Part shown: positions 35,530 through 48,745 of the stretch, piece by piece
Layout of the letters: every line of letters begins with the position of its first letter
Numbering within the stretch: position 1 is the stretch's first letter
Assembly: GCF_036588685.1 (NCBI RefSeq)
Contig: NC_086384.1
Span: 19,282,001 to 19,346,000, forward strand
Direction of reading: 5' to 3'
Source: Mytilus trossulus
Taxonomy: Eukaryota
Length of the DNA: 64,000 nucleotides
Notes under the pieces: model-generated
Told to the model about the DNA's origin: nothing
Databases searched by the model: none
Seen by the model: only the letters and a program-made list of their open reading frames with translations
Made by a program: the position numbers and the translations under genes

Positions 35530-37145
35530 TAGTTCGTTCTTATGTTATACTGTTACGCCACTGTCGTAGGTAAGGGATTGGTTGGGATCCTGCTTGCATG
35601 TATAGCACCGCCACATTTGGTTTGTATGTACCTGTCCTTAGCCGAGCGCCTGTACTTCAGTAGGTGCAGTTTGTTGATGTGTAACATATTTATTTTTCGT
35701 TCATATTTTGATAATTAATTAGGCCGTTATGTTTCGAAATTGAACTGTTTTACATTTGTCATTTCGATACCTGTTAAGGCTGACTATCCGGTAAAGGCTT
35801 TGTGCATTGTTGAAGGGTGTACGGTGACCTATAGTTGTTAGTTTCTGTGTCATTTGGTCTCTTGTGGAGACTTAACTAAATCTGTAGTATCCTTTATCTT
35901 TAGTTCGATGGGATAGATTCGTTCAACATAGTCAACAAATTTTGCATTGTTTATTGGAAGAACATCATCTATATAGCGGAACGTAAAGTTGAAGGATTTC
36001 GCGAAATTCTTATCTTTCTTCCTCAGAAATTCATGTATGAAGTCGGCTTCATAAAAATAATAAATAACAAGTCGACAAAAAGACGGGCACAATTGGCTTT
36101 CATTAGAATTCCGACAGTCTGTTGAAAAACAGGTCCTCCTAACATAACAAATATGTTGTCAATTAAAAAATCAAGCATCTTGATAATGTCATCTTCAGAA
36201 AATGTCTTGTTTGAATCAGAGTGATCTATCCCTTCCCAATTCAAGATGCTTGTATTTACGTTCGCCATTTGTTTTAGTAAAACAAAGTAATACTAATGTA
36301 AAGGAGAAGCTGGACTTCCGCTTAAACATGTACATGATTTGCAGGGTTTCAAGATAATGACAACTTAAACATTTATAATACTTTCCATACAGATTTGTTC
36401 AACCCGAAATAGGTAACATGCAAATAATATATATCTTGATAATGTCCGTGTGAGTAAATGAGAATATAACGCAACGACAAAGAAAACCCATAGTTTTTAT
36501 AGTGTGCTGTTACGCCACTGTTTCAGATTTGGGAAGGGTTAAGTGCCAACACATTGTTTAAACCTGTCACATTGTCTAAAATGTGTCTGTAGTACAGTGT
36601 TTGTCGTTGATTTACGTCTGTCATATTTCATTTGTTTCTCGGAATTATTTTGTTATTAATAAGACCGTTAGTTTTCTAATTTGAAATAATGTGTTTACAT
36701 TATTCATTTCGTGGCCATTTATATATATAGCCTTTGCGGTATGGGTGTTTATCATTGTTGAATACCGTATGGTTTCCCATAATCGCTCATATTCACAGGC
36801 ACTTTATTTGAACTTTGGTGTTTAAAAGTGTCAACTGAATCTCATAGTTCTTTCTTATGTTGTACTATAAAACAATTTTCCCATGTTAAGGGGAGGGTTG
36901 AGATCCTGCTTTCAGCTTTAACTCCGCCACATTTTATATGTAAGTCCCTGTCCCAAGTCAGGAGCCTATAATTCAGTTGTTGTCAGTTGTTGATGCGTTA
37001 CATATTTGGTTTTCGTTCAATTTTTTAAAATATAAATTTTCTCGTTTGAATTGTTTTACATTTGTCACTTCATGTTCCTTTACAGCGGACTATGCGGTAT
37101 GGGCTTTTCTCATTTTTGAAATCCGTACATTTAAGGAATAACTGT
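35530..37145 (+). repeat. Three degenerate copies of a related SINE-like repeat (35530-35870, 36490-36820, 36845-37140) around the PLE fragment
   Basis: agggttgggatcctgc..ccgccacatt..cctgtcccaagtcaggagcct..ctgactatgcggtatgggcttt is repeated. Tails also occur at ~55080-55190 and 62820-62980. Confidence 0.65.
35875..36270 (-). pseudogene. Penelope-like element reverse transcriptase fragment (frameshifted)
   Basis: Overlapping ORFs give FLIDNIFV..GGPVFQQTVGILMKANCA / YEADFIHEFL..SFNFTFRYIDDVLPINN..IYPIELKIKDTTD, a PLE-type RT core with YIDD. Confidence 0.88.
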
Positions 37146-40100
37146 ACTGTAGAGATGTCACCGTCAATTGTCGATTTGACGGCCCCTTATGCAGTTTTAC
37201 ATGTGACGTGTAGCGGAGACAGTAAAACGGACATTTGCAACCGTACGTAGAAGGGCCGAATTTTGCTTCAAATTTCAGGTTTATCTGACAAAAGAATTTG
37301 GACACTTTTTAAACACTGAAGTGTCTATGTCAGTTGATTCAATTAGTGTGTGTGAAAGATTTCAACTGACTAACTAATTAAATTCAAGCTAAAATAAGAC
37401 AAATCTATCAAATATGCCCCAAAAATGTCACTTTTTAGATGTTTTTTGTCAAAAATGAAAGTGTCCGCACCCGTGTTCATCCTTAACCTTTATATATGTT
37501 ATGTATTATCATCAAATGCAACTTACATTTCAATATTGAGAATGAACACAATTGCGACCACTTTTATTTAAGACAAAAACCGTCTAAAATTTAACTAAAA
37601 TGCTAAAATTGTGAAGATTTCAGTAACTTAGCATGACTTAATGCTGCGATCATCCGATATTTGTGGATTGTATTGTCGAACACAGTCCATAATTATGTAG
37701 CAGAAGCATTCTTCAACTAAAAGTTTTACATTTTACAATTTTGTAAAACTGCTTTTTATTGGGACAAAAAAGGGCCTTACTGGATCTATTAGTACTCCTT
37801 TGGTAAAAAAAATCACAACAAAACGGCGAAATAAAGGTATATGTTGTTTATATTTTTCGAGAATATCGTAGTAATTGGCATTTGTTAATTAAATCAAATG
37901 ATTTCAAAATGGTGGATCCTGAAGGATGCCTTCGTGTGCTGGAATTTCACGCTGCATTGAAGACCTATTGGTGACCTTCTACTGTTAACTGTTCTATGGT
38001 CGGGTTGTTGTCTCTTTGTCCATTTCTATTCTCAATTTTACATCATCCAATGTAGACTTAAAGCTGATACATTATGATTTCATTTTATTGCATTTTTTTT
38101 TATTAAAATCGTCATTCAATAATTAGTTATTACTGTTACAGAAACGTTTTGTTTATTTTAAACCGGAGAGGCACACATGAACGCGATTTAAGAAAAAACC
38201 TGCATCATTGGAAAACTCTACAACAAGGCTTTTTGGTTTTCAACAAGGCTAAATTGATGTTTATTAAACTCTCAAAAGAAGCATCATACTCAAGGATCCG
38301 TATTGTTTTATGTTCCAATCTATAAAAAATACTCATTGAAAAACTCTACATCACGGCCTCTTTATGTTACCACCTGGCTAAAATGATAATAAATTGAACT
38401 CTAAAAATAAGCGCCAAACTCGAGGATTAGTCAAGTTTTTACGAACCTTTATTATGTTCAGATCTAAACATTTTGTATAATCGCGAGTTCCCCACTCATC
38501 TCAAATATATTATACAACAGAATCGTCAACTGAACTAATAATTTGTCTCTTTTAATTCAACTCTTTTCCCCCTGGAGTGTTGTTTATTTTGATATCACAA
38601 ACGTGTGATATGCTTGTTATTAGCTTTCTTGTTATATGAATAACAAAACTGTCTTATACATTCAATGTTTGGTTTCTTATTTTAACCGTTTGACGTCATT
38701 GCTGAAGGTGACCATGCTTCTTTCGCCACAAGTGAATAGCACATTACAGATATACATGTAGAGAAAAAAATGTCAAGGTTTCCCCTACTTGTCAATATCA
38801 ATAAAAATAATGTGATTATATCACGCATTTACAAGGTGCTCTTAATAATTTGAAATTTCTTTGCACTCATCAAGAGGAAATATTGATTGTTGGTGTTTTA
38901 AACCACTTTCTGTTTTATTGTGGCATATCTCGGCAGGATAGCCAAAGTTGTCATATGTTCTTTTCATCTGCATGATTTGAGAAAACAAGGCGAAATTATC
39001 ATATTTTCACTTTGTTTTCAAGTGTTTTGATTTGGGACTATTTTGAGATGGTAAAGCAAGAAAAGCACTTCGGATGCACGATATCTATAAATGCTTTTTT
39101 TTAAATTTTGTATAAAGGAGTTAAGCAGAACAGTAAAAATTGTACTATGTAAACTTTGTCTCCTAGGGTTAAGCATAGTCGACAAAGTTTTGTCTGACGT
39201 AGTCCAATCTTTTAGTTTAAGCACAGTTTCTAACTTTCTTATTATTTTAAGTCATATTGAAATTATAATTCAAATATCATACTTAAATCAAGTTAGTTGA
39301 AACGAGAATTAACTGGAAATGTTGTGTTTAAACGTCACAACATACCGGGTAGTAGACGGTATCAATTCTCAGTCCATGAACGTCAAAGTGACGTTAATAC
39401 TGCATTTCACGGTTTCGTTAGGTAGTAAATTATTAATGAAATGACCCGTTTAAATTCTTTATAACATTTGATTGATGAAGTTAGAACGTATCACAAATAT
39501 TGTTGCTAAGGTTATTAACAAAATCATGCACTTATTGATAGTAAAGTGCTCACTCAATATTGTAACATTTCAAAGAGTAATTGTTTATCTAATCCGTTCT
39601 TGCTTGTCAGTAAGAGAATCATTGAAATACTCGATTGGTTTAACATATATAACGAGATAAAACACTTTAATATCGTCACTAAATAGAAATATTGTGTTTT
39701 GATTGAAACACAATTCATTAACTTATACTCGCAAATTGTATCCGGGGCCGACACAGCAGCTGATACTGTGGTATGCCGAAAGTACCACACAGAAGTTCTT
39801 GAATGAAATTATAAATTCTTCTATATTCAACGCATGCACTCCACAGAGAGACAAATACTAAAAAGTATGTCATATCTCATCTTCAGGCCTCCTCTAAATA
39901 AGTGAATGTCCTTACTATATATTCGCTACCTCAAGTAATTAAAACACCCTACAAATATCGTTCATCGTGCCTTCAAGTAAATGTTCTACGATTGATCTTG
40001 TTGTGCTAGTTTTCTAAGCTTACATTATTACAGAATTTGGTAATGTTTGTAATAAATCATTAATAAAAAATGATAATAATTATACATGAAGCGTGGAAGA

Positions 40101-40515
40101 CACGTTGTATGTACTGGATAAATCACGTACCGTTCAATTCGGTTGACATTTATGATTTTTAGACCCTATAAAATACACTTATACACAACTTTAACAAACA
40201 AAAGTTATCTTGTTTAATTCAATTAAATTGTTCTTTGAAAAATCGAATTGCAAATGTATTCAGTGCAACTCATTTAAAGTCTTCTTCTGTAGAATATGCT
40301 AGATACACTTACTGAAACGGTGATAAGAGTATTAAAGATGTCAATTTTCTCTCGGACATAAATATATGTACTTATTTGCAATTCACTTATCGACAGGTTG
40401 TGGGTATTCATATTGTCATAAATCCCTTTAGTATCAGTCTTGTTCCTGTGTAGTTATGGAATTCCTTTTTTTGCTAAACTCAGTAACGATCAGTCTGAAT
40501 TGCGTTTATTTGTTA

Positions 40516-41085
40516 AATAAAGGCAACAGTAGTATACCGCTGTTCAAAACTCATAAATCCATGGACAAAAAAAAACAAACATCGTGGTAACAAACTGAAA
40601 CCGATGGAAACGCATTAAATATAAGAGGAGAACAACGACACAACATTTAAATGTAATACACACAGAAACGGAATAAGCATTAGAAAAATTATGAGAATAA
40701 AAAATATAACATCAAAACCAAATACATGAATTTGGGATAGATAAGTACCGTCACACGTCTTATCGCAATGTGAATTTACACTAAAAAATAAGAGAAAACA
40801 AACGACACAACGGAAACACAACGTTAAAATGTAACACACACAGAAACGAACTATTACATAACAATGGCCATATTCCTGACTTGGTACAAGACATTTTTAA
40901 AGAAACAAATGGTGGGTTAAACCTGGTTTTGTGGCATGCCAAACCTCCCTCTTTTATGGCCATGTGAAATATAACATTGCAATGACAAGACAACATTACA
41001 GGACTATAATATAAATAAATAGGAGAACACAATTGACAAAGAAACACACGAATAAAAGCTAACAAAAGGCAACAAGTTTAAAATT
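40516..41085 (-). repeat. Dispersed repeat ending in ...ctactgttgcctttattt (copies ~7975-8276 +, 42670-42865 +, 45940-46130 -)
   Basis: Reverse-complement identity with 7975-8276 (aaattcatgtattt..gatgttatattt; gatttatgagttt.gaacag.ggtat). Confidence 0.7.
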
Positions 41086-41145
41086 TTGATACGCCAGAAG
41101 TGCATTTTGTCCACACAAGACTTACTAGTGACGCCCAGATACAAT
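41085..41145 (-). mobile_element. Highly degenerate hammerhead/retrozyme fragment
   Basis: Minus strand gcgtcactagtaagtcttgtgtggacaaaatgcacttctggcgt aligns to the hammerhead consensus of this window. Confidence 0.6.
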
Positions 41146-41369
41146 TTTTTTTTATGTTTTTTGGAATAGACAGAAAAAATATTACAGTCATTTCTTATAA
41201 TTTACTTCTAAATTCGATTTAAAACCGTAGAAAACCATGAAAAAACGTTGATGACGTCACGGTCACATGACTAAATTATGTCTATGGGCTCATAACAAAA
41301 TAACGTCAGCCAATCAGAAGACCCGTTACATCCAAAATTAAATTGTAGAAACAAAAGAAGTAAGCACTA

Positions 41370-42022
41370 TCCTTTAACTTATTTTCTGCTATTTAGATGA
41401 TGTTCTCTCACTAAAAAAATCAAAATTTGGAGACTATTTTTAACGCATCTCTGAACTAGAGATAAAGGATACAACAGATACAGGCAAGTCTGTCTCATAT
41501 CTTGACTTGTATCTTTGAAATTAACAATTATGGTCAGCACTTTACGACAAAAGAGATGATTTTAGCTTCCCAACTGTTAACTTTCCATTTTTATGTAGCA
41601 ATCATCCAGAAGCGCCTGCATACGGAGTCTCTATCTCCCAATTGATACGACATTACAGGGCTTGTATTTCCTATAATGATTTCTTTGACAGTTTCTAGGA
41701 TAATATCGTAAATGTTCCTTGTGTCGTAACTACAATCCCATTCGCTTTTCACAAATGTGACCTATCGAATTTACCGGGTTTGTGATAATATGAGCAACAC
41801 AACAACTGCCACATGTGGAGCAGGATCTGCTTATCCTTCCAAAGCACCTGATATCACCCCAGGTTTTGGTGGGGTTCGTGTTGCTTTATCTTTAGTTTTC
41901 TATGTTATGTCTTGTGTACTATTATTTTTCTGTTTGTCTTTTTCTTTTCTAGCCAAGGCGTTGTCATTTTAGTTTCGATCCATGAGTTTACATGTCCCTC
42001 TGGTATATTTCGCCCATCTTTT
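41370..42022 (+). mobile_element. Penelope-like RT C-terminal fragment plus its 3' non-coding end
   Basis: Translates YLDDVLSL..ELEIKDTTDT..SYLDL..LYDKRDDFSFPTVNFPFLCSN..PAYGV.ISQLIR..RAC, followed by the ggagcaggatctgctta...ggtggggttcgtgttgc tail. Confidence 0.85.
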
Positions 42023-43704
42023 ATTTAATGCTTTAATACTAAATTTCCACCATTTCCAAACATAGGCTTTATCAATTAAAAATTAACATACAAAATAAAA
42101 TAACGATACATACTTAGACATTAATTCAAACAAACAACTTTAAATGTCAACAAAAGGGATCTATAAAACCAGAATGTCTAAAACGTTTTACAAAAATAAG
42201 TTAAAAAGTAAATACGCTGTCGATTCGGACATTATTCTCTTTTCAGGGTTTATCATTATGTATTACCCCGAAAAATATTGTTCTACCTCTGAGATTGTAT
42301 TGATAAAAAGTAAAATCACAAAAATATTGAATTCCTAGGAAAATTCAAAATGAAAAGTCCCTAGAATCAAATGGCAAAATCAAACGATAAAACACATCAA
42401 AAGAATGGACAACAACTGTCATATTCCGGACTTGGTACAGGCATTTTCAAATTGTGATATTTCCTCTAGTCAAGGTATTGTAACATCAATCAACTTTAGA
42501 AACATTATTTTAGGATAAATACTATAAGTAGTTAATAAACTTTATGAGGACAACGTTTCAGTATATTATCATTGTCTTTAACATAAAGCGCGAGGTTTGG
42601 CATCCAAAAAGCAGGTTCAACCCATCATCGTTACTTAAAATGTCATGTACCAAGTAATGACTTTGGCAGTTGCTATTTAATAGTTCGTTTCTATGTATGT
42701 TGTATTGTCGTTTGATTTATGTTGCACTGCATTGTTTTTGTTATTTCGTTGTTTTTTCTAATACAGTTGATGTGCTTCATTAGGTTTTAGTTTGTAACCT
42801 GGGGTTGTTATCTCTCATTCGTTTTTTATTGTTTCCTTTGACTATTGACTATTGATGCCTTTATTTTTTAGCATGTAAATTAAAGCGGTTATATATAAAG
42901 AGACCAAATACATCAAGTGAAAACATAATGAAAGTTACTAGCATATACTTATCAATGATAGCAACTGTATCAAAGTTTGTTTGTTGTTGTTTGCTTTACG
43001 CCAAAGTTTGTTTGTAGACAATCCTTCAAGATTAACAGGTTATTAATTAAAGGGCAGTGTTTTGATAACTAATTTGGCGTGAAAGTATTTGTTATTAGTG
43101 ACCTTGTAGTACAAATATATTGACATGATCCGTTCCTATGTAGTAATGTGTAGGAATGTTTGTATTAATGAATTCTAAGGAAGGATTGGTGTTGTTAATT
43201 TGTTGAATGAATAAGAATATGAAGTTCCTGTTCGATAAACCCATTTTAAAACAATGTCAAAATGTAGGAGAAGAGTTAGAGGGGGAGGTAAAGATACAAT
43301 ATTATTAAAATGAATGAATGTGTCCAACCATTGCTTATCGAATGGGTCGTTTCTATGTATGTAGATGTTTGTTTTTGTAGCACTTCGGTATTCCTGTTCC
43401 TTTATTTTTCCTTATTTTCCTCTATAATTGTATGTTTCCCTCTTATAATGGATATGTTTCCCTCAGTTTTTGGTTTGTAACCCGACTTTCTTTCCTCTTA
43501 ATCGATTTATGACATGCTATTGTTGTCTTCATTTACAAGACAGTGCTCATACAAAGGACATGTATTTTAATCCAATTGGTAAAGTACTTTTACCGATTTC
43601 AAAGAGATGTGACGGTAACACATAATTTTAATAACGTTTGAAAAATAAAAATTGAAAATGTTTTTCAAATGTATAATAAAATAACGGTTTGATACTAGTA
43701 ATAG

Positions 43705-43895
43705 CGGGAACTCACTCTAGTAGAATTGGTCCAGTCCTGCTACCGAAACTAACACTAGTGATATCAGCCCAGTTCTAGTACCATCGGGAACTAACATTAG
43801 TGGAATTGGCTTAGTGCTAGTATCATCTAGAACGAACACTAGGGTATCAGCCCAGTACTAGTACCATCGGGAACTAAACCTAGTGGTATCGGCCC
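43705..43895. repeat. Short minisatellite, ~38-bp unit, ~5 copies
   Basis: cgggaactaacactagtggtatcagcccagtactagtaccat repeated with variants. Confidence 0.8.
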
Positions 43896-44369
43896 TTCTC
43901 CTCAAAAGGGTGTGCGTATTTGAATTTATCATTATCAATAACAATCAAAACCATACATTTTGATACGAAAATCCTTGAAAAATACACACGATAACAATTC
44001 TATAATTTCGTGTGTGAGTTGGGTTAATTTTTTACAATTAATATACCGGAAGTAGTTGCAGAAGACACAGTTGCTTACATTTCGTTCTGTTATAATCCAC
44101 TTTTGATTAAGACGCATTAACTAGTATTTCTTTGATGTCCGCATGTTAGTACATTGTATTAACATATACATGTAGCAACATACGAGGACCACATGATTGT
44201 GTCATAATTGAATAAATTAAACAACCAGTAAGATTTGTAACTGATCTTTAAATTTTTCGTCAATAAATTGAAAACGAACCCATATTTCTCAGATGGGCTG
44301 ATTTTCTCCTAAATCAACTATATCATTCTTTGATAAACCGGATGACCCTTTTCTATGGTCATAATATAT

Positions 44370-45760
44370 TAAACACCTTCGGTGTTAACATGAATATCAA
44401 GTACTGTGAAAGTACTTTTATTCGTGGGGTACCAATTTTCGTGGATTTCGTGGATGACTTTATCCACGAATTTAAGTGTCCAACGAAATAAAACAACCGT
44501 TGTCCAAATCAAGACATGGAAAAATCACCATCGGTAGGTTTGACTACTGAACTAGAGAATATATTGAATAACGCCAAATCTGAGAATACTTTCATATATC
44601 AGTCACAGAACTACAACCGCATGCAGGATTACCCATTTAATCTTTAATAACCTAAACTGTACAACTTCTGATCATTTAATTCTCATTAAAAATATTTTTG
44701 ATCGATGAAAGTCAGATTTCCTGTATTGCTATGCAAGTAAGATAAAGTGTTTATTTCATTTCATCATCGTTCTCGTACATATTGGAAATAATAATTTCAG
44801 GCTGGGCTTGGTTTTGATAAGAATTATTTGACAATTCAAGATACATTTATAGCATTTGTTAATGTAACTGTTTTCTATAGGTGACATGTTTATGACCTAA
44901 TTAACACCGTGGATGTTTTTAAATCTTTTTATCACTTTATCATGGGTTAATAAGTGTTATTACTACAATTTATCCGGGTCAAGGTTTACTTTGCAATTTC
45001 CTTCAATCCAGACTATTTGTAACCCTATAATTTTTTTTTATTTTTTTATTTTAAATACTAAAATCCACGAATTTAAAAACCCACGAACATGTAAATATTG
45101 CTCAAACCACGAAAATTGATACCCACGAATTAAAGTACTTTCACAGTATATGGTCATTTTATAAATTTCATGTTCACCAAAAAAATAGTTTTGGAAAAAT
45201 ACTAAACATTTTCTAATCCCAGGCATAGATTACCTTAGCCGTATTTGGTACAATATTTTAACATTTTGGGTCCTCAATGCTCTTCAACTTTGTCCTTGTT
45301 TGGCTTGATAGCTTTTTGACCTGAGTGGTACTGGTGATTCTTATGTAGACGAAACGCGCGTTTTGGTGTAATAAATTATAATCTTGAGACCTTTGATAAC
45401 TATTTACTGCACTGGGTGGATGCCACTGCTGGTGGACGTTTCGTCCACAAGGGTATCACCAGCCCAGTAGTCAGCACTTTGGTGTTGACATGAATATCAA
45501 TTATATGGTCATTTTATAAATTTCCTGTTTACAAACGTATGGATTTATTGAAATACTGAGGATTTTCTTATCCCAGGAATAGATTACCTTGGCCGTATTT
45601 GACACAACGTTTTTGTTTATGCTCATCGACTGTTTATGCTCATCGACTTTGTACTTGTTTGGCTTTATAACTTTTTGACCTGAGCGTCAATAATGAGTCT
45701 CATGTAGACGAAACGCGCGTCTGACGTATTGAATTTTAAGCCAGGTACATTTGATAATTA
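44370..45760 (+). mobile_element. Retrozyme ~1.8-mer interrupted by a MITE
   Basis: Mutated hammerheads at ~45325-45368 and ~45684-45728, about 359 bp apart. The sequence gaatatcaa..tatggtcatttt is continuous across the 44404-45146 MITE. Confidence 0.8.
44404..45146. mobile_element. MITE with TA TSD and ~40-bp TIRs
   Basis: TA-CTGTGAAAGTACTTT.ATTCGTGGG.TA.CAATTTTCGTGG ... CCACGAAAATTGATACCCACGAATTAAAGTACTTTCACAG-TA. The empty site is visible in the retrozyme copy near 45500. Confidence 0.9.
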
Positions 45761-47424
45761 ATTACCATATATTGAGTGATAGGGACTAATTTCTGGAATA
45801 GGTAACTGTTTCAAGCTTGTTAATATACAATAAGGATCAATGAGTTTAAACTAAGATATGATAAGGTTGCCGAATACAACAGTAGTTTGAGAAACTTCTG
45901 AATCAGATGGTAGTATTTGTCTCTAAGATGTGTTTAAATACAGGCATCAGTAGTATACCGCTGTTCAAAAGTCATAAAACGATTAAACGAAAACAAATCC
46001 AGGAAACATAAGATGGAAACAACGAAACAAAAACACAAAAGCCAACATACATAGAAACAAACTATTTCTGACTTGTTATATGATATTTTAAGAAAACAAA
46101 ACTGGTGTTATGTCTAGCCAAACCACACGCATATATGTCAAATGCAAACTTATTGCTAAAACTCCAATAGTACGTTACAAGAATACAGTACAAATAAACG
46201 CCAGATCACTCAAGACAAAACGCATTAGTCTGAAAACACATCAGACATTTGTTCAATCTATTTTAATTCTTCGTGAAATATAGTCGATATGATAGGAATT
46301 TAAATTTAATATTCAAAGGTGTGTAAAAATGGTCGGTACTAGATAAATTGCATCTTCCTTTCTAGGGAAACGAACACTAAAGACTGAGTAACACAACCAA
46401 AAAGTAGAATTTACCGAGTCGCAAAAACATCAATTTTGTTCCATTTTGATTTTTGCTTGGAGTTATGTAATTGTATTATTTCACTTTTAAGTATATTCTA
46501 TGTCTATGAAATAACATTTGAAAGGGGAGATAAATAATAGCTCCTTCGATATTTGCTATCTTTATCAAAATTAAGTTGTCGCCCTTTCCCTATTTGATTT
46601 GTTAAGATCTGTGTAACTATAATGTTTAAATATTTTGTGAGATAAGTGGGGTGATTTCTAACGTGTAAATATTTTTAGGGTAATTTTATTTTTATATGAA
46701 ATCTAAGTTGACATCTGTGAATTATAGACTAAGACATTCGAATGACAAATGATCGTAACATATTTTGTGTACAACCTAATCTTCGCCCCCCCCCTTTTTT
46801 TTAGAATTTTGGGTGGAACATGGTGAAGAATTTTATTCAATTACGAAAAAGGCTTCAGCTTTTTCGAATATTAACGCCTCATGTTATGCATAACCGAAAA
46901 TCAAATGATTATTTCAAATGTATATGTAATAGGGAATAAAATCAACACACATACGGGATCTTCAAAGGGGAATATGGACGAATATTCACCGTTTTTGTTT
47001 TAAATTCCCAAATTAGAAAGGTGAAGGGATGACATGGTGCATTTAATCCATATCGTCTTTTTAATCTAGAATAAAAAAAGTATAAGTGTATATGTTTAAA
47101 CATAAATCATATAAGAGAAATATTAAAAGGGGTGGTGGCATTATTGCCAATGCGACAACCATCCAGAAAGGATAAGGACGCAAGCACATTTCAAAAACTC
47201 GTAACGATTCGATAGTACAGGTACAGGATTAGCTTATACCCATTAATAATAATATATATGGATAAAAGAGTGACGAAAGATAACAAAGGGACAGTCAAGA
47301 TAGTCTTCAAAAAATGAAATGTTTCACTATTAATTAGGTATTATCGTGATGACTGCAACCTGAGTAAAAGTATTAACGACATATTCAGATCTTAGCATTA
47401 GTTGCTTTAAAAGAGTTACTATAT

Positions 47425-47510
47425 TCACTGAGTTATGAATCTTTTATAGACGAAACGTGCGTCTGGCGCATATATAAATTTCATCCTGGTGTATCTATGA
47501 GGAGTTTATT
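47425..47510 (+). mobile_element. Retrozyme 3' fragment
   Basis: tagacgaaacgtgcgtctggcgc...cctggtgtatctatgaggagtttatt. Confidence 0.7.
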
Positions 47511-48214
47511 CACTATTATCAATATTATTTATGTTCATGGTTGTAAAAGCGATTATGTATCTGGAGAGAAAAATGTTTGTCCTTAAAAAACACTCCCCCC
47601 CCCTCAAATAATCAAATCGAATAATCAGTACCTTATTTCACTAAGACCGAACAAAAGAAAGTAAGTGAAATATTTTTTCAGAAAATCTATTTTTACTCTT
47701 AACGTCTGCTATTTTAATCGAAATGTTCGCTTAAGGCGGAGAATGTAAAGACCGTCTAATCAAAACCCATCAATCTAGAAACTAAAGTACGTTTTTATTG
47801 ATTTCTTTGTACTGTAAATAACCTAAAAGGACATGCGCAGTTAAAACCATTTCATTCATGACGCATGTAAACATACATTGACCGAGATTAATTCGGGTAA
47901 TGTCTACTACAGGAATTCGGGATGGTATTTTGTTAAAGTAAACAAAAATAGTCGATTTAATGTATAAAATATGAAAGATATGAAATGAAAGATTGTTTTA
48001 ACGAATGATTAAACTTCAAGAACTAGGTCTACATTTTCAACTATTAACTGGTATTTAACTCATTGCAGACTAAAACATATTAACAAACACTAATAACAAA
48101 GATTTTATCCATTATAAAACAGAAATACGCAAATTGATTTCCGTTTAATCACGTTATCACACTCTACCTACTTAAATATTCTTAAACAAAAGAAATAAAC
48201 CACACTTTATTTAT

Positions 48215-48600
48215 AGAAATTGGTCAATGTGGGTCAATGTCTTTCACATGGCTGTGTTGACAATTTCAAGGTCTTGACGTCAGAGCTAGTAATCTCTAAC
48301 ATTAGCCACGCCTATTACGTATTTATGCTTTAATAAATGATATTTTTTCACAAAACTTGTAAATAAAAACGTAATTTAGTGATAAATATTTTTAAAAACA
48401 ATTTGAGAAACAAGCAATGGTTTTAAAAGTCGTTAAACTATATATAAATATCCTCGTCGTTTTGCTTCGAGATTATTATTTATGCAAATGAGATCGACTA
48501 TTCAAGGAAGTAGTAGAGTCAAGGTTGATTGAGGTCACAACGTGAATGGGGCAAGTGCACTTTGACGAAAGAAAAGGATATACGTTGTAGTATATTAGAA
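48215..48600 (+). promoter_or_regulatory. Putative NR0B promoter with nuclear-receptor response elements, CRE and octamer
   Basis: TGGTCA-atgt-GGGTCA (DR4, 48221-48236); TCAAGGTCT (48266-48274) abutting TGACGTCA (48275-48282); ATGCAAAT (48482-48489); AGGTTG-attg-AGGTCA (DR4, 48522-48537); TGCACTTTGA (48556-48565). Confidence 0.5.
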
Positions 48601-48604
48601 AGCA

Positions 48605-48745
48605 GTTCAGTACGATTCGAACATTGAAAGTGAAAAGGTGTGAGAAAATAAGACGGATTTTTATTTGCTATTATATTATTATAGACTGAAACTTTGTTGA
48701 AGAAAGAATATTATTTATTTGGATTTATTGATTACTCATTTATTG
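48605..48745 (+). other. Probable non-coding first exon (5'UTR) of the NR0B gene
   Basis: Inr-like TTCAGT near 48606 and a strong donor G|GTGAGT at 48746. Spliced to the 50777 acceptor it gives an in-frame upstream TAG and no ATG. The TSS position is inferred. Confidence 0.5.

Noticed and set aside
38205-38430. ~130-bp two-copy direct repeat
   Set aside because: An ordinary diverged local duplication with no further structure.
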